Below are positions 1 to 10,533 of a stretch of 64,000 nt of DNA, one piece after another; within the stretch, counting starts at the first letter, position 1, and the number at the start of each line of letters is the position of its first letter. A program made the position numbers and the translations under genes. The notes beneath the pieces are model-generated. The model had not been told where the DNA came from. It was given only the letters and a program-made list of their open reading frames with translations, and did not search any database. The stretch covers positions 39,176 through 103,175 of the forward strand of contig JAQBPB010000014.1 in NCBI GenBank assembly GCA_028287745.1, in the 5' to 3' direction. This DNA comes from Chloroflexota bacterium (GTDB lineage: Bacteria; Chloroflexota; Chloroflexia; Chloroheliales; Chloroheliaceae).

Positions 1-1461
1 GTGCCTCAGATTTTTAACACAATCACCGTAAGTGACGGAATCGCGATGGGCCACGAAGGAATGAAGTACTCTTTGCCCAGCCGCGAACTGATTGCTGACT
101 CAATTGAACTGGTCGCCAACGCTCACCGGCACGATGGTGTAGTTGCCATCGGCGGCTGTGACAAGAATATGCCGGGCTGCTTGATGGCCCTGGCTCGCCT
201 GAACATCCCGGCAGTCTTTGTCTATGGCGGTACGATTATGCCGGGCACCTGCGGTGGCCGGGACGTTGATATCGTCAGTGTTTTTGAAGCGGTCGGCCAG
301 TACAGCGCCGGGAAAATCGGCCTGGAAGAATTACGGGCGGTAGAAGTTAGCGCCATACCGGGCGCGGGTGCCTGCGGCGGCATGTACACGGCCAATACGA
401 TGGCTTCGGCTATCGAGGCCCTGGGTATGAGCCTGCCGGGCGGCGCCTCTATGCCCGCCGTAACTTCCCGCAAATCGGATGACTGCTACGCGGCCGGGCA
501 GGCGGTTGTGCGCCTGATCGAAAAAGGCATCACGCCCCGCGATATTATGACTAAAGAAGCTTTCGAGAACGCGATTACCTTTGGTCTGGCCCTGGGCGGC
601 TCGACTAACCTGGTCTTGCATCTCCTGGCAATCGCCCGCCAGATGGCCTTGCCCCTGACCCTGGACGATTTCGACCGGATTGGCCGCCGGGTGCCTCACC
701 TGGCCGACCTCAAACCGGGCGGACAATTCGCGATGACCGATCTCGACCGGGCGGGCGGCACCCAGGCGGTCCTGAAACTGCTTTTGGAAGGCGGCTTGCT
801 GCACGGCAATGTTATGACCGTAACCGGCAAGACTTTAGCCGAGAACCTGGAAAGCGCCCCTGGCTTAACTCCTAACCAGAAGGTCGTCCACGGGTTCGAT
901 AACCCGCTCTTCCCGACCGGCCCGCTGGTAATCCTGCGCGGCAACCTGGCCCCGGAAGGCGCTGTCTGCAAAATCGCCGGTCTGACAAAAATCGTCCATA
1001 CCGGCCCGGCTAAAGTCTTTAATGGTGAGGAAGCCACCTTTGACGCAATCATGAAGAATGAAATTGTCGCCGGAGACGTGGTGGTAATTCGCTATGAAGG
1101 GCCTAAAGGCGGCCCTGGCATGCGCGAAATGCTGGCCGTAACCGCTGCCCTGGTCGGGCAGGGTCTGGGCGAGGATGTCGCCCTGATTACCGACGGACGC
1201 TTCTCGGGCGGTACTCATGGCCTGGTGGTTGGGCATGTCGCCCCGGAAGCCCAGGTTCGCGGCCCGATCGCGGCCCTGCGCAACGGCGATATAATCACCC
1301 TTGACGCGCCAAACAACATCCTGAAAGTTGACCTGACCGCCGAAGAAATCGAGGCCCGGTTGGCCGACTGGCAAGCTCCCGAAATACCGCATTCGACCAG
1401 TGTGCTTTCCAAGTACGCCAAGCTGGTTACTTCGGCGGCTGAAGGCGCTATCACAATCTAG
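1..1461 (+). CDS. ilvD: Dihydroxy-acid dehydratase, 5'-truncated by the window edge
   Basis: Motifs [48 protein letters not shown] and ITDGRFSGG. The window begins inside the gene. Confidence 0.97.
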   Translation: MPQIFNTITVSDGIAMGHEGMKYSLPSRELIADSIELVANAHRHDGVVAIGGCDKNMPGCLMALARLNIPAVFVYGGTIMPGTCGGRDVDIVSVFEAVGQYSAGKIGLEELRAVEVSAIPGAGACGGMYTANTMASAIEALGMSLPGGASMPAVTSRKSDDCYAAGQAVVRLIEKGITPRDIMTKEAFENAITFGLALGGSTNLVLHLLAIARQMALPLTLDDFDRIGRRVPHLADLKPGGQFAMTDLDRAGGTQAVLKLLLEGGLLHGNVMTVTGKTLAENLESAPGLTPNQKVVHGFDNPLFPTGPLVILRGNLAPEGAVCKIAGLTKIVHTGPAKVFNGEEATFDAIMKNEIVAGDVVVIRYEGPKGGPGMREMLAVTAALVGQGLGEDVALITDGRFSGGTHGLVVGHVAPEAQVRGPIAALRNGDIITLDAPNNILKVDLTAEEIEARLADWQAPEIPHSTSVLSKYAKLVTSAAEGAITI

Positions 1462-1478
1462 TTTTACAGCGTTTTGGA

Positions 1479-1537
1479 TAAATTAAAAGAGGGCAGTAAC
1501 AAGAAAGTAGTTCTTGTTACTGCCCTCTTTTAATTTA
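1479..1537. terminator. Bidirectional intrinsic terminator
   Basis: Perfect 27-bp inverted repeat (1479-1505 / 1511-1537) with A/T tracts, between convergent genes. Confidence 0.9.
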
Positions 1538-1578
1538 ATTTATTAACTGCTATAACAAGATTTTTATTACCGGCCGCT

Positions 1579-4434
1579 CTATTCTATCCCGGCAATGCTT
1601 TCTCGCAGGGCAGTATCCAGTGGGAATGGTTCCAGGGCCGCGAAAGCTTCCTCACCCAGGGACATTTTCAGGCGGTTGGCCTCGCGGTTAAATTCAGCCC
1701 GTTCGGAGAGCGGCAGGGCGGCCCAGACTTCCACCCGCAGGTTGGCGGCGGTCTTTAACCAGCGCCCGGCCAGTTTTAAGGTGGCGGGGTCGGCCCGGTC
1801 AAGGGTAATAGTGAAAGCCAGCCCTTCCAGGCAGGCAATCATAATTTTCTTCAGGCCCAGTTCAAACCCCAGCGCCCAGGCTTCTTTGAAGTGGACCAGG
1901 GCGGTTGTCTTATCGCGGGTGCGCCGGGCCACCCGGCCCAGTTCGACCAGGCTTTCGGCGGTACCCCAGCGGTCGCCCACTTCGCGCCGCAAATTCACAC
2001 TCTCCAGTAACAGGCTGCGAGCGTCAACATGGTTGTTTTCAAGACTGGCTAAACAGCCCAGGGCAGCCAGGCAGCGGCCAATCCCCCAGCGGTCGCCAAT
2101 TTCCCGCCGCATCTCCAGGCTATCGGTTAGCAACAGGCGGGCCTGTTTGAAATCACCTTCGGCGTAGGCAATTAAGCCCAGGTGTTGTAAACCGTGCGTC
2201 GCGCCAAGTTTATTGCCCAGCCCTTGCCAGAGCGCCAGGCTTTCTTCCTGCCAGCGGCGGGCTTGCTCGTAGTCTCCCTGCTGGTAATCAACCGCTCCCA
2301 GGTTACTCATCGTCATGGCTATCCCGGCAATATCTTCTTTTTCCTGCCAGATAGCCAGGCTTTCCTGGTAAATTTCGCGGGCCCTGGGGTAATTGCCCTG
2401 GAACCAGTTTGCCAGGCCCAGGGTATTAAGCGCGTCCGCGATCCAGAATTTATTGCCGGTCTGGCGGGTAATCTCCAGGCTTTTTTCCAGCAGGGCCCGG
2501 GCCTCGGTGTATTTGCCAATCCGGTTGGCGATATTACCCAGGAAAAGTAAGGTCTGGGCGCTTTGCGTCTTATCCTGTAAATCTTCCCACAGTTGCAGGC
2601 TTTTTTCCAGCAAGGGCTGGGCTTCTTTGTAATCGCCCTGTAAATAAGCCAGGCGGCCCTGCCCGTCCAGGGCCCTGGCCCGGGGTGCCAACGGTTCTTC
2701 AGAGCACTGGGCTAAAGCCCGGTACAACCAGTCGCGGCCTTCCAGAAAATAACCCCTTAGTTCCCAGAACAGGCTCAGTGACCCGGCCAGTTTCAGGGCC
2801 GCTTGCTTGTCACCGTCCGGCCTATCCATACTCAACGCCCAGTTAAAGGCCGCACGCAAATTGTTATATTCGTCTTGCAGCCGGTCCAGCCAGCGTTTGG
2901 TCTGAGGGCCTCTTAACTCGGTTCCGGCTTGCTCGGCCAGGTCCAAAAAATAGGCCAGGTGGCGCTCCCGGAGCTGGTCTATTTCTTTGCTTTCGACCAG
3001 TTTTTCCAGGGCAAACTCGCGAATTGTTTCCAGCATTACCAGGCGCGGCTCACCTTCCGCCCCTTCGGCTTGCTGTAACATGCTGTTATCCAGCAGCGCC
3101 TGGATCCCTTCCAGAATTTCAAAATTAGTCGAAGTCTGGTCTTCAGTATCCGGCTCGCGGCAAATTATTTCCACCGCTTCCAGGGTGCTGCCCCCGGCAA
3201 AGACCGCCAGCCGGATGAAAAGGCGAGCCTGTTTGGGCGTCAGGAGTTCGTAGCTCCAGTTAATCGTGTTACGCAAAGCTTGCTGCCGCTCCGGCATATT
3301 TTGCGCGCCCCTGGTCAGCATATTCAGGCGGGGAGTTTCCCCCGGCCCGGTTAAGCGAGCTAGCATGGCCTGGGGCGTATATAATTTGCTGCGCACGGCG
3401 GCCAGTTCAATAGCCAGGGGCAGTCCATCCAACCGGCGGCAGATTTCGGCTACGGCCAGGCTGCTTTCAGTGGTCAATTCAAAATTGTGCTGGAGCGCCC
3501 TGGCCCGCTGCAAATAGAGCTGGACCGCCGAAGATAAAACGATGCCGGGACCGGGAAGCCCGGCCGAGGGGTCCGGGAGGTCCAGGGGCGGCACAACAAG
3601 CTCATTTTCCTCGTACAGGTGCAGCACCGCCCGGCTGGTAACCAGGATTTTCAGGCCCGGCGCGGCCTGTAACAGGTCGCTGACCAGCGTGGCGGCCGGT
3701 AAAACCTGCTCATAATTATCCAGCACCAGCAGCAGTTGTTTATCCTGCAAATAGGTTTTAAGTTTTTCCAGCAAGGATAAATTGCCGCTTTCGATCAAAC
3801 CCAACTGGTGAGCGATGATTGAAACGACCAGTTCTGGGTTGCTGATAGGGGCCAGTGATACAAAAAAGACACCGTCCGGAAACTTATCGGTAACCTGGCG
3901 GGCTACTTGCAGGCCTAAACGGGTTTTGCCGATACCGCCCGGCCCGGTCAGCGTAAGCAATCGAATCTGAGGCTGGTCCAGGAGATTGGCGACCTGTTCA
4001 ATTTCGCGTTCTCGCCCAATCAGGGGAGTGAGCGGGGTGGGTAAATTGTGCCGGGGTTTTTTGGCCTGGTCAGATTGCGGCCTGGCGGCAACAACCGGGC
4101 CTGGTTTTAGGGGTAACGGTCCGGCGGTCCGGTCAGGCTCCAGGCGGGCTAGCGGTTCTTCCTGCCACTCTTCCTCGGTAAAGCTGTCGGGGGTCAAACC
4201 GGCCAGGGCCAGTAATTCAAAGGCTTCGGCCCGGGTACGTAGCGCTTCCCACTCCGCCAGAATTTTAAGAATACCCCGGATTTCCAGCGAAGTGAAGTTG
4301 GTTGAATTTACTCCATTAAGCTTGTTGCTCAGCAGGGTAGGATGCAGGCCCAGTTGATAGGCCAGGGCAAGCTGGGACCGGCCGCTTTGGCGCCGGTAAT
4401 CTCTTACTCTATTTCGAAATTCAGCCAGATTCAT
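1579..4434 (-). CDS. XRE-HTH + NB-ARC/STAND ATPase + TPR regulator
   Basis: N-terminal HTH (SQLALAYQLGLHPTLLSNKLNG), HNLPTPLTPLIGRERE, Walker A GPGGIGKT, LLVLDNYEQV, LDGLPLAIELAA and C-terminal TPR repeats. Confidence 0.9.
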   Translation of the reverse strand: MNLAEFRNRVRDYRRQSGRSQLALAYQLGLHPTLLSNKLNGVNSTNFTSLEIRGILKILAEWEALRTRAEAFELLALAGLTPDSFTEEEWQEEPLARLEPDRTAGPLPLKPGPVVAARPQSDQAKKPRHNLPTPLTPLIGREREIEQVANLLDQPQIRLLTLTGPGGIGKTRLGLQVARQVTDKFPDGVFFVSLAPISNPELVVSIIAHQLGLIESGNLSLLEKLKTYLQDKQLLLVLDNYEQVLPAATLVSDLLQAAPGLKILVTSRAVLHLYEENELVVPPLDLPDPSAGLPGPGIVLSSAVQLYLQRARALQHNFELTTESSLAVAEICRRLDGLPLAIELAAVRSKLYTPQAMLARLTGPGETPRLNMLTRGAQNMPERQQALRNTINWSYELLTPKQARLFIRLAVFAGGSTLEAVEIICREPDTEDQTSTNFEILEGIQALLDNSMLQQAEGAEGEPRLVMLETIREFALEKLVESKEIDQLRERHLAYFLDLAEQAGTELRGPQTKRWLDRLQDEYNNLRAAFNWALSMDRPDGDKQAALKLAGSLSLFWELRGYFLEGRDWLYRALAQCSEEPLAPRARALDGQGRLAYLQGDYKEAQPLLEKSLQLWEDLQDKTQSAQTLLFLGNIANRIGKYTEARALLEKSLEITRQTGNKFWIADALNTLGLANWFQGNYPRAREIYQESLAIWQEKEDIAGIAMTMSNLGAVDYQQGDYEQARRWQEESLALWQGLGNKLGATHGLQHLGLIAYAEGDFKQARLLLTDSLEMRREIGDRWGIGRCLAALGCLASLENNHVDARSLLLESVNLRREVGDRWGTAESLVELGRVARRTRDKTTALVHFKEAWALGFELGLKKIMIACLEGLAFTITLDRADPATLKLAGRWLKTAANLRVEVWAALPLSERAEFNREANRLKMSLGEEAFAALEPFPLDTALRESIAGIE

Positions 4435-4875
4435 TTTTTACCAACCTGGAAAATTACCCGGATATTAACCTTGAATCGGGCATCAATTTCTTGACGGAAA
4501 GATTTCGGGCCTGCCAGATCCGTAAGTCATGAAATATTATCTATAGACTGGCTAAAAACCAATGGTCTTTAGACTTAATATTGACCGGATAATTTATGAC
4601 CGGGTACTAAATGTAGGTTTCAAATGAGCAATACTGGTGCAAGCATAGCTTATCTTTTCAAAAGAAGCAAAATTTTGCTATTTATAATACAACTCAACTT
4701 TTGTACTACTTGTGGCTAAACCTTAGGTTTATTATTTTATTTATGGTGTATTTTCAATATACGCTGGTCATAATTATGCTCCATATAAAATATATAGTCT
4801 ATTTTCTGGTTGCTAAAGCTCTTTGGAAATAGAAGCAATTGAAGTTCTATAAATTGATAAGGGAGAATTTTTATC

Positions 4876-5220
4876 ATGGACAATAAAGACCTTTTTTATG
4901 AAATTGAAGAATTAGATATTTCGGAAAATTTTAAAGCAAATATGATAATCGTTGAAAATAATGGCACCGGGCCGGCTTATCTGGGCTGGTGTGAAAGCCT
5001 TGCCATAGATATGACTGTGGCTGCCCCTTTAGCAGGGGACGGTCCCGCCAGCGTGTTGGTTTTACCTTTTGCTGATGTTGGGCTGCTAACACGCAAAGGT
5101 AACCCAATTCCCGCCCCGGATAACTGGCGAGAACGGGTGGTCCGGTCTTTAGAATTTCAGGATTATCTCCTGGTAACGCTGGAGGAAGACCTGGAGCTAA
5201 ATGCGATTACTACTTATTAA
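4876..5220 (+). CDS. Hypothetical protein (114 aa)
   Basis: ATG preceded by AAGGGAG SD; no recognised motif. Confidence 0.6.
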   Translation: MDNKDLFYEIEELDISENFKANMIIVENNGTGPAYLGWCESLAIDMTVAAPLAGDGPASVLVLPFADVGLLTRKGNPIPAPDNWRERVVRSLEFQDYLLVTLEEDLELNAITTY

Positions 5221-5405
5221 ATAAAATTATTGAATAAACGATCTTTAAATTAAATTTGATTTCTGTGTTTCAAGGGGTTTATGCGGGTTTGATTATACTT
5301 TATATGGTAAACTACAGTGGCTGGTAAGTGAACTTATATATAACCCTTCTTCAGACAGGGTATAATCAAACCGGCGTTACGGCTGGTTAGCGGTATTATT
5401 TCTGA

Positions 5406-5690
5406 TTAGGTAAGTGCCAGGGGGTATTTAGTGGCAGTCTCTGGGACATCTTCACCACGCTTATGGTGATAGGCTAGACGAGATAAAAGGGCGTTAAATT
5501 CCAGGTAATCTAACCCGGCCATCTTATATATCCAGCTTTCATTGGTAAACCCGGCATCCACCACTTTTTGGAGTTCGATCAGTATTGTAGCTTCATCAGG
5601 ATAAAGTGGTTGTTTTGGTCCGGAAGCCAGCAATATTGTGGCTAACCCTTTACTGGCCTTAAATATAGAAATGGCTTGTGTTATATACAT
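5406..5690 (-). CDS. Hypothetical protein (94 aa)
   Basis: Only long ORF in an AT-rich stretch; no recognised family. Confidence 0.5.
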   Translation of the reverse strand: MYITQAISIFKASKGLATILLASGPKQPLYPDEATILIELQKVVDAGFTNESWIYKMAGLDYLEFNALLSRLAYHHKRGEDVPETATKYPLALT

Positions 5691-6131
5691 TAATATACCT
5701 TAGAATTTAAACCAGCCTTTATAATAAATCGATGTTAAACTGAAATAGTTGATTTCGAGTATGCTCAGGAAAAGTGTTACATTTGTAAATGCAAATTCGG
5801 ATCTAAATAGAATCTAGTAATAAATCCAAAATCGAGCAAATAAAGTTTTGAAAAGTTTCTACGCCAGGTTAAGTTGTTTTACTGAAACCTAGTAATATAC
5901 ATTACTGGATTTTAGCGGGTGTTATGTACGCTAACGTACATTGTGTTATTGTAGCATATATTTACTTCTACGTAAATATTACTTTCGTCTATATCTTTAA
6001 GATTTCCATATAAAGATTTTAATAAAAAATTGCCAGTAGTAGTAACTTAAACAAAAAATATGAATAGAACGTGACTCTCCTTTATACAACATATATTATA
6101 TATAGACTATTGTTTTAACAGGAGAAAAGAG

Positions 6132-6872
6132 ATGAAAAACACACAAAGTATAGCCGAAGATAAAGTAGCTTCCGCTTCGAGTAACAGTTTACTTGAGGTT
6201 TTACCGCTGGAAGAACGCGAGCGGTTTTATGCTAAAGTTGATCTGGTGGACCTCGAGGTACGCACAATATTCTATGACCTGAACGGGACAATAGATTATA
6301 TTTATTTTCCGGTAACCTGTGTTGGCTCTATTCTGACCGTCATGGCGGATGGTTCAAGGATCGAAGCCAGTACAGTGGGCAATGAGGGGATAATCGGGTT
6401 GCCGGTATTTTTAGGGCAGGATTGCTCACCCCAACTGGTGGTCTGCCAGGTGCCGGGACAGAGTTTGCGCATGAAGGTAGATGTATTCAAGCAACTTCTA
6501 AAAGAAAGCCCGACCATGCAAATGGTTTTAGCTCGTTATACCCAGATCTTATATAACCTTGTATCCCAATCGGCGGCCTGTAACCGGCTGCATTCGATTG
6601 AAAAACGCTGTTCCCGCTGGCTTTTGATGACCCATGACCGGGTGGGCGGTGACCAATTCCTTCTAACCCATGATTATCTAGCAAGTATGCTGGGGGTGCG
6701 GCGGGCCACCGTTACGGTCGCGGCGGGTATACTCCAAAAAGCCGGGTACATTCGTTACAGCCGGGGCATCATTACAATATTGGACCGGCAAGGCCTGGAG
6801 TCCGTCACCTGCGAATGTTTTCATACTATAAGGGAGGATTTTAACCGGTTGTTGGGACCGGCCAGACAATAA
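6132..6872 (+). CDS. Crp/Fnr family transcriptional regulator
   Basis: cNMP-like domain (IYFPVTCVGSIL...VGNEGIIG) and C-terminal HTH LTHDYLASMLGVRRATVT; AGGAG SD. Confidence 0.93.
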   Translation: MKNTQSIAEDKVASASSNSLLEVLPLEERERFYAKVDLVDLEVRTIFYDLNGTIDYIYFPVTCVGSILTVMADGSRIEASTVGNEGIIGLPVFLGQDCSPQLVVCQVPGQSLRMKVDVFKQLLKESPTMQMVLARYTQILYNLVSQSAACNRLHSIEKRCSRWLLMTHDRVGGDQFLLTHDYLASMLGVRRATVTVAAGILQKAGYIRYSRGIITILDRQGLESVTCECFHTIREDFNRLLGPARQ

Positions 6873-6944
6873 AAGACCCGGGAACTTTCAGCCGGGTCAC
6901 GGTTACTCTAAAAATTGGCCGCCATGTCCTGGCGGCCAATTCTG

Positions 6945-7931
6945 TTAATAGCCCCGCTTTTTATCCACAATATTTTTCAGTTCTTCTCCTTTAATATACC
7001 GCTGCAACTGCGCGACAAAAAATTTGAAAGAGTTCTGCTCAAGCCGTTTAAACATCCCGGCCGAATGGGGCGTTAATATAACGTTATCCAGTTCCCATAA
7101 CGGCGAGGAAGCCGGTAAAGGCTCTTGTTCGAAAACATCCAGCCCGGCTCCGACAATGGTTCCGGCCCGGAGAGCTTCGACCAGCTCCTGTTCTTTGACC
7201 AGTTGACCCCTGGCGATATTAACCAGTATTGCGCTCCGTTTCATCTGTTCGAATTGGGCTTTGCCCAGTAGACCTTTGGTTTCCGGGGTTAGCGGGGCAG
7301 TTACCACTACAAAATCGGACTGCGCCAGCAATTCGGGCAGTTGCTCGTTTGAAAGGGCCTGGTCCAGGTATTCGGCCGGGGCCTGGGGGTTGGACCGGGT
7401 GGCGATTACCCGCATTCCAAAGGCTTTGGCACGCTTGCCGATTTCCGTCCCAATTTTACCGTAACCGATAATGCCGCAAGTCTGGCCGGTCAATTCATCT
7501 AACTGGCCCAGGGCATTAAGCTCTTTCCAGCTCCATTCCTTGCGTTTTTGGGCTTCCCATTGGAAAGGCATCTGGCGGGAGAAATTAAGAATAAAGGCCA
7601 TCACCTGGTCCGCGACAGAGGCGGCAATCACCCCGGCCCCGTTGGTTAAAATTACCGGGCTATTTACTACCGCCTGGTCAGCCAGTACCAAATTAACCCC
7701 GACCCAGGGAATATGCATCCATTTCAGGTTAGAGGCTGTTTTGAAGCGTTCAGCCCGCGGGTCCCGCACGTACATTACTTCGGTCTCTTTTAGAGTTTGC
7801 TGTACTTCCTGGTCACTCAGTTCTTTTAAGCCGTTGATAAAACGCCCCCCTTGCGGCTTGAGCATTTCTTCAACCTGACCGGCCTGTTCGGGTGCAACCG
7901 TCTGGTCCGAAACAACCGTTAATTTACTCAA
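6945..7931 (-). CDS. D-isomer-specific 2-hydroxyacid dehydrogenase
   Basis: GIIGYGKIG Rossmann motif, VNIARG, GAGLDVFEQEPL and ILTPHSAG. Confidence 0.93.
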   Translation of the reverse strand: MSKLTVVSDQTVAPEQAGQVEEMLKPQGGRFINGLKELSDQEVQQTLKETEVMYVRDPRAERFKTASNLKWMHIPWVGVNLVLADQAVVNSPVILTNGAGVIAASVADQVMAFILNFSRQMPFQWEAQKRKEWSWKELNALGQLDELTGQTCGIIGYGKIGTEIGKRAKAFGMRVIATRSNPQAPAEYLDQALSNEQLPELLAQSDFVVVTAPLTPETKGLLGKAQFEQMKRSAILVNIARGQLVKEQELVEALRAGTIVGAGLDVFEQEPLPASSPLWELDNVILTPHSAGMFKRLEQNSFKFFVAQLQRYIKGEELKNIVDKKRGY

Positions 7932-8105
7932 CTTATTTCTCCTCTTGTTGATTTTATCTGCTCCATTACGTGTCTGCCAAGCATATCATATAATGCTGCT
8001 TCCGTAGGAAAAATGACGTTGCAATCTGCTATAACAGGGTTTAGATTGCGCTATTTGGTATTTGCCGTTATCATCTGGCGGCATAAATATTAAAGGAGGT
8101 AAAAC

Positions 8106-8633
8106 TTGATAATTGCTTATAATGGTAAGACCCCCAGGATTGGGCGGAACGTTTTTATTGCGCCAAACGCTACCCTGATTGGCGACGTAATTATCGAGGA
8201 AGGGGCCAGTATCTGGTTTGGAGTGGTCCTGCGGGCCGACCAGAACCAGATTATCATCGGTGCCGGGGCTAATATCCAGGATAATTCGGTGCTGCACACC
8301 AACGAAGAAGACGGGCCAACCGTAGTTGGGCCGGATGTTACGGTCGGCCACTCCGTCACAATGGAAGGCTGCCGGGTGGGCCAGGGCGCCGTTATCGGTA
8401 TGAACGCGGTTGTGCTGGGTGGCGCTGAAATTGGCGAAAAGGCTATGGTTGCGGCCGGGTCGGTCATCGGCGGCAACTTCAAAGTGCCGGAAGGCCATCT
8501 GGCGGCGGGAATACCGGCCGTGGTTAAAAAGCCTCTTTCCGGCGCGGCCCTGGAAGCGGTCCATACCAGCGCCGGGCACTATCACCATTTGCGTGACGAA
8601 TATCTAAAAATGGGCATCGGGCGGCCGGAGTAA
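8106..8633 (+). CDS. Gamma-carbonic-anhydrase-like hexapeptide repeat protein
   Basis: IGDVIIEEGASIWFGVVLRAD, NIQDNSVLH and VTVGH; AAGGAGGT SD before a TTG start. Confidence 0.92.
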   Translation: MIIAYNGKTPRIGRNVFIAPNATLIGDVIIEEGASIWFGVVLRADQNQIIIGAGANIQDNSVLHTNEEDGPTVVGPDVTVGHSVTMEGCRVGQGAVIGMNAVVLGGAEIGEKAMVAAGSVIGGNFKVPEGHLAAGIPAVVKKPLSGAALEAVHTSAGHYHHLRDEYLKMGIGRPE

Positions 8634-8638
8634 GCCGG

Positions 8639-10411
8639 TTACGATTGGCCGGTTAATAATCCAAATAGCAGCAGCCCGGCTCCTGCGAACAGGATAACCA
8701 CTCCCAGGCCAATTCCCAGGTTGGTGGGCAGCCGGAAGCGGTGCCGGCCCATTATCTTTGAGTTATTGCCTACAAACAGAATAAAGACGAGTAAAATTGG
8801 GGCCAGCAGACCGGCCAGGATATTCGCCAGGAACATCAGTTGCAGCGGCTGGAAGCCCAGCATAGCTACTACCAGCGAGGCCAGTAAAGCTACGGTCAAA
8901 ATGAGGTAAAAACCTTCATTTTGCCAGGGCTTTTTGGAAAGACTGGAAGGCCAGCCGAAACTCCCGGCCACGCCATACGAGGTGCTGGCTAATAAGACCG
9001 GTATGGCGATCATTCCGGCCCCAATCAGGCCTACTCCCACCAGGTATTTACTGAAAACCCCGATTAAAGGCTCCAGCAAGTTGGCCGCATCGGCCGCCGT
9101 ATTGATTTCTCGATGACTCACAAAAGCGGTCGCGGCGGTCGTGATAATGACACTGTAGGCAATCAGATTGCCGCTGATAACGCCTGCCCCAATATCAAGC
9201 GAGGCGCTTCGAATCTTCTGGTCGGTCGAACCGGCCCGCTGCGCTTCGGTTTCGCCCTGGACCTGCCAGAAGAATTGATAGGGCGTAAGGGTCGCCCCCA
9301 GCACCGCCACCGAGGTACTTATTCCTATAAAAGAAAAATCAACCCGTGGTATAAAAGTATGGCTTAAAACATCGCCCCAGTTTGGCCGGGCCAGGAACGC
9401 GGTCAGGAGGAACGCCACGAAGGCGAAGCTCATACAAATAAAGACTTTTTCAAACCGGTCGTAGCTCTGGTAAACGGTGATATACCACAGCACCAGGGCT
9501 ACCGGCACGATAAACCAGATAAAACCCAGCCCGGTAATAAGTTCAAAGCCGGTGCCAATCGCCACCAGGTCGGCCGCAATCAGGGCGATATTCGCGATAA
9601 TCAGGGCCAGCGAGGCGGGCCAGGCCACCCAGCGGGTGTAATTTTCCCGCAGAATTTCACTCAACCCTTTTTGGGTTATCCGGCCTATCTTGGCGCAACC
9701 AAATTGGACCGCCTGTAAGATGGGTGTTGTCAGCAGGACCAGCCAGAGCTGGCTGTAACCGGTCCGACTGCCCGTGACCATATATGAGGTTACGGCTGAC
9801 GAATCATTTCCGGCCATCCCGGCCAGGAAACCCGGCCCGATCTTTTTCAGAAAGTTCTCGGGCCTGGGGTTGTCCACGCCAGGCTCACTTTTTCCAGTTG
9901 CCCGGGCCGGGTAGGAAGAGTTTCTTCCGGGATTCGCTTGTCCACCGGTCTCTTTTTGTTGATCGATGGCGGCTTCATTTTCTTCCAGACCGCGAGCAGT
10001 CGGCAGGACGGTTTGAACTTTATCCAGGGGATCCTGGTGACCTTCTTCCGGGGCGGTGCCTTCGGTTTGCCGGGATATCCGGTCTTTGGATTCTAATTGT
10101 TCCGCGCCGGTTGGCGTTAAAGCTTCGACTTCCGCGTGATTGGTCTGAAGTTTTACTTTGGCCGGTTCACTGCCATTTTGTTCAACTCCCTCGATTCTAT
10201 CGGCGGGGATTTCCAGGGTTTTGTTAAATAAAACCCCCTTTTGAACTATGATCTTGTCGAGATTGCCAGCTTCATCATGTTTTACTTCGGTTACTTTAGG
10301 TTTACTTAAATCCGCTTCACCCAGGTCGCCTTCGATTGCTTCTACCAGCATGCCAGGTTCAATTTCATGGTTAGCCGTGCCATCCGGCTTTGAATTTTGC
10401 TTTTGGTCCAT
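8639..10411 (-). CDS. NRAMP-family divalent metal transporter with an N-terminal soluble (PRC-barrel-like) extension
   Basis: GPGFLAGMAGNDSSAVTSY (TM1), GATLTPYQFFWQ (TM6) and about 11 hydrophobic segments; ~185-aa hydrophilic N-terminus. Confidence 0.85.
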   Translation of the reverse strand: MDQKQNSKPDGTANHEIEPGMLVEAIEGDLGEADLSKPKVTEVKHDEAGNLDKIIVQKGVLFNKTLEIPADRIEGVEQNGSEPAKVKLQTNHAEVEALTPTGAEQLESKDRISRQTEGTAPEEGHQDPLDKVQTVLPTARGLEENEAAIDQQKETGGQANPGRNSSYPARATGKSEPGVDNPRPENFLKKIGPGFLAGMAGNDSSAVTSYMVTGSRTGYSQLWLVLLTTPILQAVQFGCAKIGRITQKGLSEILRENYTRWVAWPASLALIIANIALIAADLVAIGTGFELITGLGFIWFIVPVALVLWYITVYQSYDRFEKVFICMSFAFVAFLLTAFLARPNWGDVLSHTFIPRVDFSFIGISTSVAVLGATLTPYQFFWQVQGETEAQRAGSTDQKIRSASLDIGAGVISGNLIAYSVIITTAATAFVSHREINTAADAANLLEPLIGVFSKYLVGVGLIGAGMIAIPVLLASTSYGVAGSFGWPSSLSKKPWQNEGFYLILTVALLASLVVAMLGFQPLQLMFLANILAGLLAPILLVFILFVGNNSKIMGRHRFRLPTNLGIGLGVVILFAGAGLLLFGLLTGQS

Positions 10412-10533
10412 TTAGGTTTCTAATTAATCCCTATACTAAGTATTTTTACCCAATTCAGGAATAACTAGCATAGCCTATGCCAGTTTAAATATTTAGGGCC
10501 AAAACCATACTCCGGTTAAAATTTTAACCGGAC

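Noticed and set aside
7986-8588. 200-aa minus-strand ORF
   Set aside because: Antisense shadow of the gamma-CA gene. The same applies to the many long antisense ORFs over ilvD, pccB, accC, uvrA, glyQS and lon in this GC-rich DNA.
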